Source: a bacterium
Lineage (GTDB): Bacteria > Patescibacteriota > Microgenomatia > UBA1400 > UBA12108
Length of the DNA: 64,000 bases
Assembly (NCBI GenBank): GCA_021788365.1
Contig: JAJYKS010000003.1
Location: forward strand, 6,283 to 70,282
Direction: 5' to 3'
Part shown: one piece after another, positions 8,719 through 19,000 of the stretch
How positions within the stretch are numbered: the stretch's first letter is position 1
Layout: the number at the start of each line of letters is the position of its first letter
Notes under the pieces: model-generated
Told to the model about the DNA's origin: nothing
What the model saw: only the letters and a program-made list of their open reading frames with translations
Database searches by the model: none
Made by a program: the position numbers and the translations under genes

Positions 8719-10542
8719 AATTTTGGCTGCCATGGCCACGGCTAGTTTTTGCTGCTTTGCCAAAAGTTCTCGAGGGTCGGTGGTGATTAGGCCATGCTCT
8801 TCTGGGGAGGCGACAACTTTTATGGCGACGTGGTTTTGGCCGGCGAAAAAAAGCGCTTCACCAACCTCGGCGGTGAGTAGCAAGTGTCGCTCTCCTTGGG
8901 AGAGATAGAAGACTTTAGCAAGGTTTTCTATCGCGGAAGTCGATTGTTTCATTAAAACCTGGATACTGCTGTTGCTGACGATAGCCTTCCCGTGGTCTGA
9001 TTTAAGAAAATCATCCACATCTTGTGTAATGGTGGTGAGCCCTAGAAAGTATTTGCGGGCTCGCTTGGCAATACTATAGAGAAAGTTGGCGGAGTCTTCG
9101 GATTTCATGAGGTACCAGGCCTCATCAACTACCAGTAAACGCCTCTTCATGTCGCGCTTTACCTTGGTCCAAATATAGTCAAGAATGATAAAGATGGCGG
9201 TTGGGCGCAGCTCGTCTTGAAGATTCTTAATACCAAACACTGTGAGTCTGTTTCCGAAGTTGACGTTTGATTTCTGTGAAAAAATGCCTTGAAAACTTCC
9301 CTTTACGTATTTTTCTAGCCTGTCTGCAAGGCCGCGGGCAACAGACTCTTCCATGCCAACAAGCGCCTTATATAAATCCTCCATGAGCGGTGGTTCTAGG
9401 TTGTGAGTTGCTGGGTCGCGCGTAATTCCCTTCATCTGATAGGTCATAACCAGCGCGCGGTCGAGGAGAGCTTCCTCGGTTGGGTTCATGTCGCCCATCA
9501 TGATTTTTAACAGTGAGTGGAGCGAGATGATTTTCATAGCGAGCTCGTTTTCATCCGGCTCAGCCATTTGTGGCAGCTCAAACGGATTTATACGATTTGG
9601 ACTGCTAAAGCTAAAATCAACATAGGTGCCACCCAGGGTTGTTGCAAGTTTGCGATACTCGTCTTCAGGGTCAATTGCAATAACCTCCGTGTCGAACAAC
9701 ATAGAGCGCAAAACCTCGAGTTTTACCATGTAGCTTTTGCCAGAACCGGATTTGGCAAACACAACCATGTTGGCGTTCTCTAGCGTAAAGCGATCAAAAA
9801 TAACGAGCGAGTCGTTGTGCTCATTGATGCCATACATAATCCCTTCATTTGCGGTCAGCTCACTTGAGGTGAAGGGAAAGGTGGTGGCAAGGCTCGTTGT
9901 GTCCATGTTGCGGTTAATTTTTAATTTGTCGAGGCCGGTGGGGAGCGTCGTCTTGAAGCCATCTTCTATTTGTAGCGTGGCAGTTTTGGCAACAATGAGG
10001 AGCGCGCCCAAAGCACTTTTTACTTGATTGGTCACCCGGTCGAGCATATCCTTTTTGTCGTCCCGGATCGTAACATAGAGTCCGAATTGAAAGAAGCGTT
10101 CGGCGCCCTTGGCGAGTTGTTCTTGTAGGGCGCGAGCATCTTCGAGCTTTACCTGAGTGTCAATGTTGACGATTCGGCCACGCTGGATGTCGCCCGCTAT
10201 TTCAGCCTCCATCTCGGCGATCTTGCGGCGCAAGTCTTCGATAACCCCTTTACCCTCTACTGGGTAAATAAACATAGAGATAGTAAGGCTGTGATTAAAG
10301 TTTATGAGTGGCGAAAGCCAGTTGGCGTTTACAAAGCGTGGGTAGCCGGCGACAAAGAGGGTGCGGTAGTAGGTATCGTTGATTTTAATATCGGAAAAAT
10401 CGACCTCAATGGCTTCTGGGGCGATAATGTCTTTGACGTTGGACGTTCCCTGTGAGAGAACTTGTACCGGCTGAGAGACGGCAGGGCCACTAGTATCGTC
10501 TTTCTTTTTCGGCATGAATGGAAAGGGCAGGTTAAGAGCCAT
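8605..10542 (-). CDS. VirB4/TraE-like T4SS ATPase
   Basis: Walker A AKSGSGKS, IDPEDEY, INPF, Walker B VDEAW, RARKY...TTITQ. Confidence 0.92.
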   Translation of the reverse strand: MALNLPFPFMPKKKDDTSGPAVSQPVQVLSQGTSNVKDIIAPEAIEVDFSDIKINDTYYRTLFVAGYPRFVNANWLSPLINFNHSLTISMFIYPVEGKGVIEDLRRKIAEMEAEIAGDIQRGRIVNIDTQVKLEDARALQEQLAKGAERFFQFGLYVTIRDDKKDMLDRVTNQVKSALGALLIVAKTATLQIEDGFKTTLPTGLDKLKINRNMDTTSLATTFPFTSSELTANEGIMYGINEHNDSLVIFDRFTLENANMVVFAKSGSGKSYMVKLEVLRSMLFDTEVIAIDPEDEYRKLATTLGGTYVDFSFSSPNRINPFELPQMAEPDENELAMKIISLHSLLKIMMGDMNPTEEALLDRALVMTYQMKGITRDPATHNLEPPLMEDLYKALVGMEESVARGLADRLEKYVKGSFQGIFSQKSNVNFGNRLTVFGIKNLQDELRPTAIFIILDYIWTKVKRDMKRRLLVVDEAWYLMKSEDSANFLYSIAKRARKYFLGLTTITQDVDDFLKSDHGKAIVSNSSIQVLMKQSTSAIENLAKVFYLSQGERHLLLTAEVGEALFFAGQNHVAIKVVASPEEHGLITTDPRELLAKQQKLAVAMAAKIPDNQPGSTPANQRASVPANQNAGPQANPVSTPIQPTN

Positions 10543-10548
10543 ATCCTA

Positions 10549-10666
10549 TCAGTATACCAGCTAGTCGGCGAGTCGGCGGGCCGGCATGTCGGCTTGTCAG
10601 CGAGGCCGGAAAACCGATGCACCGATTTAACTGATTGGCTGACTAGCTGATTTGCTGATTTGCCGA
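10549..10666. repeat. Inverted pair of 8-bp-period arrays in the virB4 promoter region
   Basis: YCRG 10549-10597 (7 units); CYGA 10614-10663 (7 units, one 9-bp step). Confidence 0.8.
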
Positions 10667-11305
10667 CTATCTGGCCACGTTGGGGGCGACGACGGGCTGC
10701 TCGTAGTCGGCGGCGGTGCCAAATTTTTGCCCCTTTACCGTTGCGTTATAGAAGCTGTGAAAGAGGGACATAAGATTTTGGGTGTTGAGCTGGTTAGCTG
10801 TTAATCCAATGCGCGTTAGTTGCTTAATAATGTGATCGCGCTTTGGCTCGAGGTCGGCCTTCGCTTTGTCGATAAGACTTTGGTCTATTACCACCTTTCC
10901 TGAAAGGGTGATCATCTGATAGGAAATAACCACATAAAATTTTTTATCCAAAACATTCTGTTCGGTGATTGTTGTTTCCACAAACTGGCGGTACTTGTGC
11001 ATGCGGTCTTGCAAAACGGGATCGTGAAGCTTTTTCTCTTGTGTGCTTAGTAACTCGAGGTAGGAGCTAATGTCCTTTTTGTCGGATTTTACGACTATTT
11101 GGATGGGAAAACTAAGCGAATTTAGTAGGCCGGCATACGCGTAGATGGTGGCGTCTTGTTCTTCCTCAGAAAGCAGGCCAAAATTAATGGCGGAAGTAGA
11201 TATTAACATGCTGCAGGTGCCATTTTTTAATATAACGAGGTCATCTTGGATTGTTTCTACGTCGAGATGATCCTGAGTGGTTGCGACAATGACATTGTTG
11301 TCCAT
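10667..11305 (-). CDS. T4SS-associated protein resembling the N-terminal region of VirB4/TraE
   Basis: INF.LLSEEEQ.A....Y..LLNSL.FPIQI, K.FYVVI; sits between prgI and virB4. Confidence 0.75.
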   Translation of the reverse strand: MDNNVIVATTQDHLDVETIQDDLVILKNGTCSMLISTSAINFGLLSEEEQDATIYAYAGLLNSLSFPIQIVVKSDKKDISSYLELLSTQEKKLHDPVLQDRMHKYRQFVETTITEQNVLDKKFYVVISYQMITLSGKVVIDQSLIDKAKADLEPKRDHIIKQLTRIGLTANQLNTQNLMSLFHSFYNATVKGQKFGTAADYEQPVVAPNVAR

Positions 11306-11311
11306 ACGGAC

Positions 11312-11437
11312 TCAGTATATCAGTAGGTCGGCAAGTCAGCGAATCGGTTGGTCGGTATGTCGGCTTGCCAGTAATCGCCGAAACCTGGCTTACAGGTTTA
11401 GCTGGTTAGCTGACCCGCCGGTTTGCTGGTGTGCCGA
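11312..11437. repeat. Inverted pair of 8-bp-period arrays
   Basis: YCRG 11312-11368 (8 units); CYGR 11402-11434 (5 units). Confidence 0.8.
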
Positions 11438-12475
11438 TTATTGTGCTCGGAGGAGGATGGGGGGGATGATGTCTCCTTTGGTTGTCAGCGATTGTGGGGC
11501 GAACTTGAGACCATCCTTTTCCACTTCAATGGCATAGGAGCCGTTTCCGAGAGGTGTGGTGGTAAAAAACTGTCCAAGGCCGTTGGTTTTCATGGCGCGG
11601 GCGGGGATCCCGTCTCCCATCACTACCTGAACAATGGCGTTTTCTACTAGGTGCCCCCCTTTGTCGACGACTATTCCCGTTATCACATTGGGGATTTGGG
11701 GCGCGGCGGGCAGCTTAATTGTTGTCAGGGGGGTAGACGCAACTTTTGGCGCGGTAGTGGGGCTTGTGGGGCGGGAGAAAACCACATCAACCGTTGGCGG
11801 AGGGCTTTGTGGGGTTTTTGTGGGTGCTGCTGCAACGGTGGGTGTTGGCGTCACGGGGATCGATATCGTACGTAACGGTGGCGCGGGCGGGGTCGCCGCC
11901 GGAGACGGAGCGTTGTTATCGAATACTATACTTTTTGCTTTTAGTTTGCGGATTGTTACTGCGGGCTTGGCGCTACTGGTTTCGACGATGGTAACTGGTG
12001 GAACGGCGGGGGAGATGTGTACTTTCTGAAATAGCGCGTCGACCTCGTGGACCTGCTTTGCTTCTTCTGTCGAGAGGTCGCTTGTTACCGTTTTTCGTAC
12101 GGGAAGCGTTGGTGCTTTGAGTGTTTTTACCGCCGTAGGAGTATCTACAAAAATGTGGGCGGCGAAGGTAAACATTTCAGGAATGGTATTTGTCTTTTTC
12201 CAAACGAAACGGGTGGGGCCATAGATGGCTTTAACAAAATTAAGTGCCCAGATGTCCAGTGGACGATCTTCGAGTGGAAAGAATGCAAAGGCTATTCCAC
12301 CAAAAAGCGAGATGAGTGCGAGCGGCCACTTGAATATAAAAATCAGATTGCTCGCATAGAAAAGGTAGGCGACGAGCATCCCGGCAGCTAGTTCCAAAAA
12401 TTGTTTGAGCGTCATGTCTCCCACAAGGCGGAACTGATATTGTGTAACGTTCTGAGGAATGGGGTGTTGCTGCAT
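11438..12475 (-). CDS. PrgI-family (VirB3-like) protein with Pro/Thr linker and C-terminal beta-sandwich
   Basis: QHPIPQ.V..Y.F.LVG.MTLKQF, two TMs, DRPLD.W; C-terminal G.VVD..G..V.NA.V...TN.LG.F....G.Y.I. Confidence 0.82.
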   Translation of the reverse strand: MQQHPIPQNVTQYQFRLVGDMTLKQFLELAAGMLVAYLFYASNLIFIFKWPLALISLFGGIAFAFFPLEDRPLDIWALNFVKAIYGPTRFVWKKTNTIPEMFTFAAHIFVDTPTAVKTLKAPTLPVRKTVTSDLSTEEAKQVHEVDALFQKVHISPAVPPVTIVETSSAKPAVTIRKLKAKSIVFDNNAPSPAATPPAPPLRTISIPVTPTPTVAAAPTKTPQSPPPTVDVVFSRPTSPTTAPKVASTPLTTIKLPAAPQIPNVITGIVVDKGGHLVENAIVQVVMGDGIPARAMKTNGLGQFFTTTPLGNGSYAIEVEKDGLKFAPQSLTTKGDIIPPILLRAQ

Positions 12476-12508
12476 GGCTCTAGTATACAGGGTTAACAAA
12501 AGAGAACA

Positions 12509-13183
12509 CTATTGTTGTGCTGCCGGCGATTCTGGAGAGGGTGAGGGTAGGGGTGATGGTGTGGGCGTTGGCGAGGGAGCTACAACGGTGTAGGCGTGGG
12601 TTGCCGGGTCTATCCCATGAGACTGTACCCAGGATTTGATCTGTGAAATTGCAGTCGCTTGGTCGAGGGTGTCGCTTTTTAGATCAATTTCGAGCGTGAG
12701 CGGGGCGCTATAAACAACTCGGTAGAGCGCTGTTTCGTATGGCGTGAACTGGGAGAGCGGGTAGTTTTTGTCGAGGTCTGATTGCAAACCTTGAAGATAG
12801 CGTGGGTCGTTTTGTTCATGAGCGGTAGTAAAACTAATGGTTCCGACGATTTGTCCCTTCTCATTAATCGTAACAGTATAATCGCTGGCGACCCTGAGGT
12901 ATAGTTGGTGGTCAAGCTCGATGGTGTTGGCATCCTTTTGTTGAATACTCCATAATTCTTCAGGGACAGAGGTCGCTGTAACATCGCTTGCGACGATTGG
13001 TTGATTGAAGACAATGATAATCGGACCAAAAACACTTGCTTCAGTTGTATGATTCCCCGGGGAGGAAGTGATGATTGCTGGTAGCGATGGGGCGGGCTTG
13101 GTTTTGTTGGATAAGTAGATTAGAGAGACAATAAATGCTACTCCGATTGCAACTGCCAACACGATTTTTATTTTTTGCTTCAT
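12509..13183 (-). CDS. Membrane-anchored Ig-like (Big_5-like) domain protein
   Basis: N-terminal TM; SSP......V...I.I.FNQP...Y.V.I pattern; Pro/Ser tail. Confidence 0.65.
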   Translation of the reverse strand: MKQKIKIVLAVAIGVAFIVSLIYLSNKTKPAPSLPAIITSSPGNHTTEASVFGPIIIVFNQPIVASDVTATSVPEELWSIQQKDANTIELDHQLYLRVASDYTVTINEKGQIVGTISFTTAHEQNDPRYLQGLQSDLDKNYPLSQFTPYETALYRVVYSAPLTLEIDLKSDTLDQATAISQIKSWVQSHGIDPATHAYTVVAPSPTPTPSPLPSPSPESPAAQQ

Positions 13184-13192
13184 TGTTTTATT

Positions 13193-15973
13193 TTAGTCTT
13201 TTCGTAAATAACCAGTAATTTGTGCCTTTTCGAACTTTCCATTGGTGCGAGCTATTCCTGGGGCAGAGTAATTAGCGTCGCAAGCAGTAATAAGCGCTCC
13301 GGCGTCACCACAATCTACTCCTATGTGTCCCGGCGAGCCGTCACTACAACTACTAGATCCCATAACAAAGAAATCTCCAGGTCGCATGCCTGCTGTTCCT
13401 GAAATGTATTTATATCCGGAAGGGGCGTTGTTGACATATGAGCAAGCATTGATTTGGGGAAAATTTTGATTGTAGGCAAGTCCGGCCGTTGCAGCAACGA
13501 ACCCAACACATTGGAGGTGACCTGTCCCTATGGCGGAGGCCTCCAAGGCGTTTGCGGCCGCTTTTGCTAGGACTGCCACTAATTTTTGCCACCAAGAATT
13601 TCCAACCATGTCTTTAGTGAGGGGATTTAGGTTAAATTGGGTGAGGTAGCTAGCTATACATGCGGCGGCGTTTGCTGCTGGCGAACCAGTGGTTTGCGTT
13701 TGTGTCCCCTGTGTAGCATTACAAACGACAGCAGCAATATATGATGTGCCAGAGTCGAGCGGGGTAGTAACCTTGAGTGAATAGAAAAAGATACTGACTA
13801 CCGCGATTGCCCCCACGGCTATAAGCAATGCAGTATAGAACGTGATGACGAGAAAGTCCCAAACCAGTTTTCCAAGTGCCCTTAGTGTTTCCCAGGCCGC
13901 CATGAGCGGAACGGTAATCCCAGCAAATAATGCAAAAATACTGGCGATAAATAGTGGGACAACACCCCATAGATTGCTGGCGTCGCCATGGAAGATCGTG
14001 CCGAGGAATTTGGAGATCTTTCCGATGACCGACTTTCCAACCTCCCAGAGCACTTGTACTCCAAGGAGGATGAGGCCAATGCCCGCCTCACTTGTTGCCG
14101 CACCAATTATCTTGACAACCTTGTCTCCTAACCCGGCGGCAAACTTATTACCAGCAGAGGCTATTACTTTTGACACCGCCTTCCAGGTGGTTTTTTTGAA
14201 TACTCCCCAAGATTCAAATCCGGCACCCCGTGCGGTCCAGTCGAGAATGTTTCCCCATTTTTTTTCTAGAAAGAAAAAATTAGCCTGACGCCAACTCGCA
14301 TCGTTTTTGTAAAAGAGCTTAGAATATTGAGAGACCTGGCGGAAAAAGCCGGAGTACCATTTGTTTTTCTTCCCCAGGGTGGTGGACCACTTAAAGACTC
14401 TTAAAGCAATCCCTTTTTGCATGTTGATCCAGCCGTCATATATGAACTTCGACGGATTCAAGATGGGATACTTGTCTTGAAGCACAAACCAGGTGCTGGT
14501 GGGCCAGTGAATAACTTTGTCGACCTTTAGATATGCGCTGTATACTTTTGCTCTGAATTTATCTATAGGCTGCGTGGGGCGCCTCGTTGCGTTGAGATTG
14601 CCGGTGAGCTTGTCAAAAAATTCTCGTGCGGCATAGAAGGGGTTTCCGTCGATTTGCGAGTGGTAGAGGCCGTAGCTTTCCTGGGTGTTTATGAGCTGCG
14701 CGAGGTTCCCGAGCTTGCCTAAATCGGCGGCGTCCCCCTTGCCAAGTTCTTGTTGGTAGGCAAGTAAGGGATTATTGGTGTGATATTCGGCAAGTATGCT
14801 CGCGGCGAGAGCGTCTAACGTTGTCTTGTCTGTCCATGGAATTTCTGTACTTACCCCCGCGAGCGCTGCGATCCTGGCGGTAGCCATCTCGCGCTGATTT
14901 CTATCCTGCAACCTGGTTCCTGTGAGCCGCTCCAACGCCGAGGCCTGTATCTCCTCGACATAAGGGGAAAGTATTTCGAGGCGTGTTTCCAAGGTTGGAG
15001 ATCTAAACCCAGCGCTAGCTAGAGCCTCCTGAATAATGTCAGCCCCTGACATAGGATTTGTCGTTCCCGCGGTGACAATGACTTTGCGCAGAGAGCTGAC
15101 GAGCGCCCTTCGTTCGTTCACTGGTGCGTCGGGGAGTACGCTACGGACCATCGTGTCGAGGTCTGCAAGGGTTGGCGCAAAACTGGCGAGCGCACGGAGC
15201 CGGCCCATGTCGGCGAGGTATTCTGACTCGTCGGCATAGATAGCTTTTATGCGCGCGTTAATTGTCGTAGTAATTTGGGCAAGATCCTTTTCCATGGCGT
15301 CTGCGTGGAGACGGTGAGTAAAGGAGTTGATGTCTCCTTGGTTTGCGTGAGGAAGCAGAAGATTGCCGATTTTTGAGGGGAGGTCTTCTAATGCTTGTGG
15401 GGACGTATCGCGAAGATTATATGAATTGGCGGCGAGGATCGCGGCAACAAGGCTGCGATCTCGGGGACTTAGTCCGGCGAGAGCTTTGTTCATTTCAAGC
15501 TCGCTCGTCATTATCCCAAGGAATTTTCTGTTGAGGATTTCTAACGTTTTCCGTCTAAGCTCTAGAGACTTTTGTAGTGCTGCTGAGCGAGCGTCTGGAA
15601 CGTACTTGGTTGCCGGTATCAACGGGTGGGCAGCCTGCTCCTGCATGTAGGGATAGTTGGTGGCGGCTTTGGTACCTCCCGCGACGATGTTTTCGGCTTT
15701 TACTTCAAGATAACGGAGGAGGCTACGTGCACGAGCGTAGCTTGGGCCACGATCGCCAACGGGAAGGCCTATCTCGTCAGACCCCGCCCAAGCGGCGATA
15801 ATACCCCAGGCCGTTTCGGCGTCTAGAACGAGGGTGTCGGAGAACTCAACGCTCTGTCCATTTTTAATTCTGGACAGTAGTTGTTGGAGATACTTGGTAT
15901 CCTCTCCCTTTGCTTTGGTATTTAGGAGGGAAAGGATCAGCTGTCTTTGTGCGGCGGTGACGGTTGTTGCCAT
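13193..15973 (-). CDS. Large membrane protein with C-terminal CHAP peptidoglycan hydrolase domain
   Basis: QCVGFV, PGD, GHIGV, DANY, ITGYLR near C-terminus; TM helices before it; long helical N-terminal part. Confidence 0.8.
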   Translation of the reverse strand: MATTVTAAQRQLILSLLNTKAKGEDTKYLQQLLSRIKNGQSVEFSDTLVLDAETAWGIIAAWAGSDEIGLPVGDRGPSYARARSLLRYLEVKAENIVAGGTKAATNYPYMQEQAAHPLIPATKYVPDARSAALQKSLELRRKTLEILNRKFLGIMTSELEMNKALAGLSPRDRSLVAAILAANSYNLRDTSPQALEDLPSKIGNLLLPHANQGDINSFTHRLHADAMEKDLAQITTTINARIKAIYADESEYLADMGRLRALASFAPTLADLDTMVRSVLPDAPVNERRALVSSLRKVIVTAGTTNPMSGADIIQEALASAGFRSPTLETRLEILSPYVEEIQASALERLTGTRLQDRNQREMATARIAALAGVSTEIPWTDKTTLDALAASILAEYHTNNPLLAYQQELGKGDAADLGKLGNLAQLINTQESYGLYHSQIDGNPFYAAREFFDKLTGNLNATRRPTQPIDKFRAKVYSAYLKVDKVIHWPTSTWFVLQDKYPILNPSKFIYDGWINMQKGIALRVFKWSTTLGKKNKWYSGFFRQVSQYSKLFYKNDASWRQANFFFLEKKWGNILDWTARGAGFESWGVFKKTTWKAVSKVIASAGNKFAAGLGDKVVKIIGAATSEAGIGLILLGVQVLWEVGKSVIGKISKFLGTIFHGDASNLWGVVPLFIASIFALFAGITVPLMAAWETLRALGKLVWDFLVITFYTALLIAVGAIAVVSIFFYSLKVTTPLDSGTSYIAAVVCNATQGTQTQTTGSPAANAAACIASYLTQFNLNPLTKDMVGNSWWQKLVAVLAKAAANALEASAIGTGHLQCVGFVAATAGLAYNQNFPQINACSYVNNAPSGYKYISGTAGMRPGDFFVMGSSSCSDGSPGHIGVDCGDAGALITACDANYSAPGIARTNGKFEKAQITGYLRKD

Positions 15974-16020
15974 AGCGCTATTCTAACAGTTGCAGGGCAT
16001 AAAATGGTATAATCTGGGGC

Positions 16021-19000
16021 ATGGCTATCCAGGAAAAATTGGGAGAAGGGTTCGAGGCTGCACAGCATTCTGGGTTTGGTGAGGCGGGTGCGGATGGCGT
16101 GGTAAAAGAAGCGTTAAAACAGATCAAAAGGGATAAAGGCCCGAGTAAACTAAGCCCTGATCAGACGAGAACATTGTTGCTTCTAGACATATTGCGTACG
16201 CTATCTGCCGACAAAGGACTGACGGGAATAAAGTCGACCCTTGATAGGCTGGAGACACAATTTTCTGTCGCGGCAATGGCCTCTTTTGGCCAGAAAGATA
16301 TTGATGTCATCGCTGAACAGCTGGAAAGACAAGGAAAGAAATTCCAAGCTGATGTTGGAGGTCCGGACAAGGATTTATTGAAAGATGTGGGTTTGCTTGT
16401 TAGGAGTTCGAGGTGGGCGGATGCGTCGGCATTGGTTAGGCGCGCGATTGTTGACGCTAACACGAGGCGTGAAATTGATTCAACACAAAATACTCGATTA
16501 GTGCAGTCTGTTGATGATTTTGATTCTGCAAACCTTGGGCGGATGCGATCTCGTATCGTCGGACTAGAAATGGAACAGGTGGCGAGGAAAGTTCCCGGTA
16601 CTGGTGAGATAGCTAATGAAATGGAACGAGCCGCTCGACTAGAGGTTGGTGTGGCCAGAAGGTATGTGGAAATACTGAGGGGAACTCCACAGCAAGATGA
16701 TATAGACCCCAGCCTAAAGATAGACACGGCTGTTATAGCGGAGGCCGACATTAATTCCTTTGTAAATGACTTACATAGTAGGAGTCCTAAAATAGCAATG
16801 GCAGATGAGCGAAGGCTACGCCATTTTAAACAGGAGGTTACCAGCAATTGGAGCGATTTAAATACGGGGATAGATTTGGATGAATGGTCTCGTGGAAGCG
16901 ATAGCGTTCACCAGGACAGACAGCGCTATATTAGAGAGGCATCTGCTGTGGCGAACCACGTTTTGTTTCTGAAGGCAAGGGGAGAGGTAATACTGTCTAC
17001 GAACGAGGAGGAATACTTGAGGGCGGTGCAAAAGGCCACATCGGCGGTGAAGCGGTCGTGGGTGGAGGAAGCTGTCCATGAGGGGGAAGCAGCTACTCCC
17101 ACAGATGAATTGACCCCAGATGAGGTGCGAGAGTTAAAGAAACAGGCCTCCAACATTGGTTTACTGGCAGAGATGGGTAGTGGACAAGGGTTTGCGGATT
17201 GGGCTAAGCGGCAAAGGACGCGCAACCCGAGAGGGAGTTGGAATTTAGACACAGAAAGTTCTGAGGGGGGGTTTAGCTTTCAGGAAAAAATAATGGAGTT
17301 GCGCGACGCCGGAATGTTGGAGATTGAAGACGGGCAGATAGTGTGGCTAAAGGGTCCGGACGAGTTCTTTGGAGTAATGTCAGAACTAGCGCGTGACGTG
17401 TCGGCGATAGTGCCAGAAGTAAACCAAATACCCTTTTCCAGGTCACCTAAAGCTATGTTGTATCAGGCTTTGATGGAATCGGCGGCGCATCCAGGGAGTC
17501 GGGGGGATCTGGCTTGGGCGAAGGATGCGGTATTCCGTCTATACACAATGGGATATGTAAAGGAGGCGTTGTGGAAAAAGGGTGGAGACGTAGAGTCATT
17601 TGCCGGCGCCGCACTCGCCCTGTTGGGTCAAGGAGAGGATGATACTGTTTATTCATCTTTGTTTAGATTTCACGAGACGGTAAGAGAGAGGGGATCTACG
17701 GGTGAGATAGGGGATGAAATAATAAAAATTGACCTTCGGGATATGCTAGATTTTTCCGAGCGATACTCAAGAGTGAGGGATGGAAAGCGAAGCTGGTTGA
17801 ACGCGATTTCTGCTGGAGAGCTTAATAGCGGCGTGCACGATGCTACAAGTAAGCCACAACGAATGGAATTTTTTTATGATTATATGAAATGGGTGCTGGA
17901 TAGACAGCTGGACATGGGAGAGATAGATGCAAATACACATACAAAGAGAATAGCGGCTATTGGTACGTCTGCTCATGACAGAAAACACGAAAATATCTTT
18001 GATGTATATGGTCAGTATTATACAAATTTAGTAAAGGTGATGCAGTCTATCCAGCTGAGGTATGGCGAGGTGGCCGTAAACCAAGTGATTAGCGGGGGTG
18101 GATTCGAGTTTTGTAATCCCCCTGGGGGTGAGGCTCCCTATAAGTATCATAAAAATACCGTATGGAAGTTTTGTGCGCGGTATGTCCCCAATAATAAATT
18201 TGCTGAGTTTTTGGACGCTTACGACGGTGGAGTAGATATGGCCATGGTATCGTCGATTGCGTATGCACGCAAGGAGACAGTGCCGCATTTTTGCTTAGAG
18301 AGTAGTGAGCCGGGCGCCAATCCGGGCGCCGACAAATATTTCTTTGAAACCGAGGCAAATTTGTCCAATCGAGCTAAGTGGGCTAAGCAGTGGGTCAATT
18401 TTTGGAAGCCGGCTATGTTCGACAGCGATGCACATCGAGATGGAAAGTATCGCGATACTGATGAAATTAGGATGATCGAAGAAACGCAGGAGATTGCTGA
18501 GAGACAATTGAATAGTTGGTCGGCCGCCGACTTAGGATTCATTGACCATGTTGATTATACAAAATTAAGTGAGGCGAGTGGCTACGACTTTGAGCAAATT
18601 TTCCAAAGGAAAAACATTACTGATCCGAAAGAAAAGTTTAAATATGTAATTAAGAATTATGGATATAAGTATTTTGAGTGGAATGGGTTTCGATCTAAGA
18701 GGGTGGGAGATTTTTACACGAAGTACTTGCCGAAGAATTATGCGGGGGTGTACGGGGCAGCTATCAAGTTGAGTATGAATGCAACAAATGACGAATCTGC
18801 GTTTGAAGCGTCGCAAAACATTGACGCGTTTAGTGGCTCGGAGAAATTTATGGAAGATATTGACGTTGTGATGGAAAAGATGAATAAGCGGACCTGGCTC
18901 GGTATAAGAAAACCTAAAACTAAAGGCGGCAAGGGGTGGTTGAACGTTGACCAAAAAGGAGAAAAGGCAAAGATTGATTTGGAGGGCGACTTTGAGTTGT

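Noticed and set aside
10549-11437. CRISPR array interpretation of the periodic repeats
   Set aside because: Period is 8 bp with 4-bp cores; no 25-40 bp repeat-spacer structure and no cas genes
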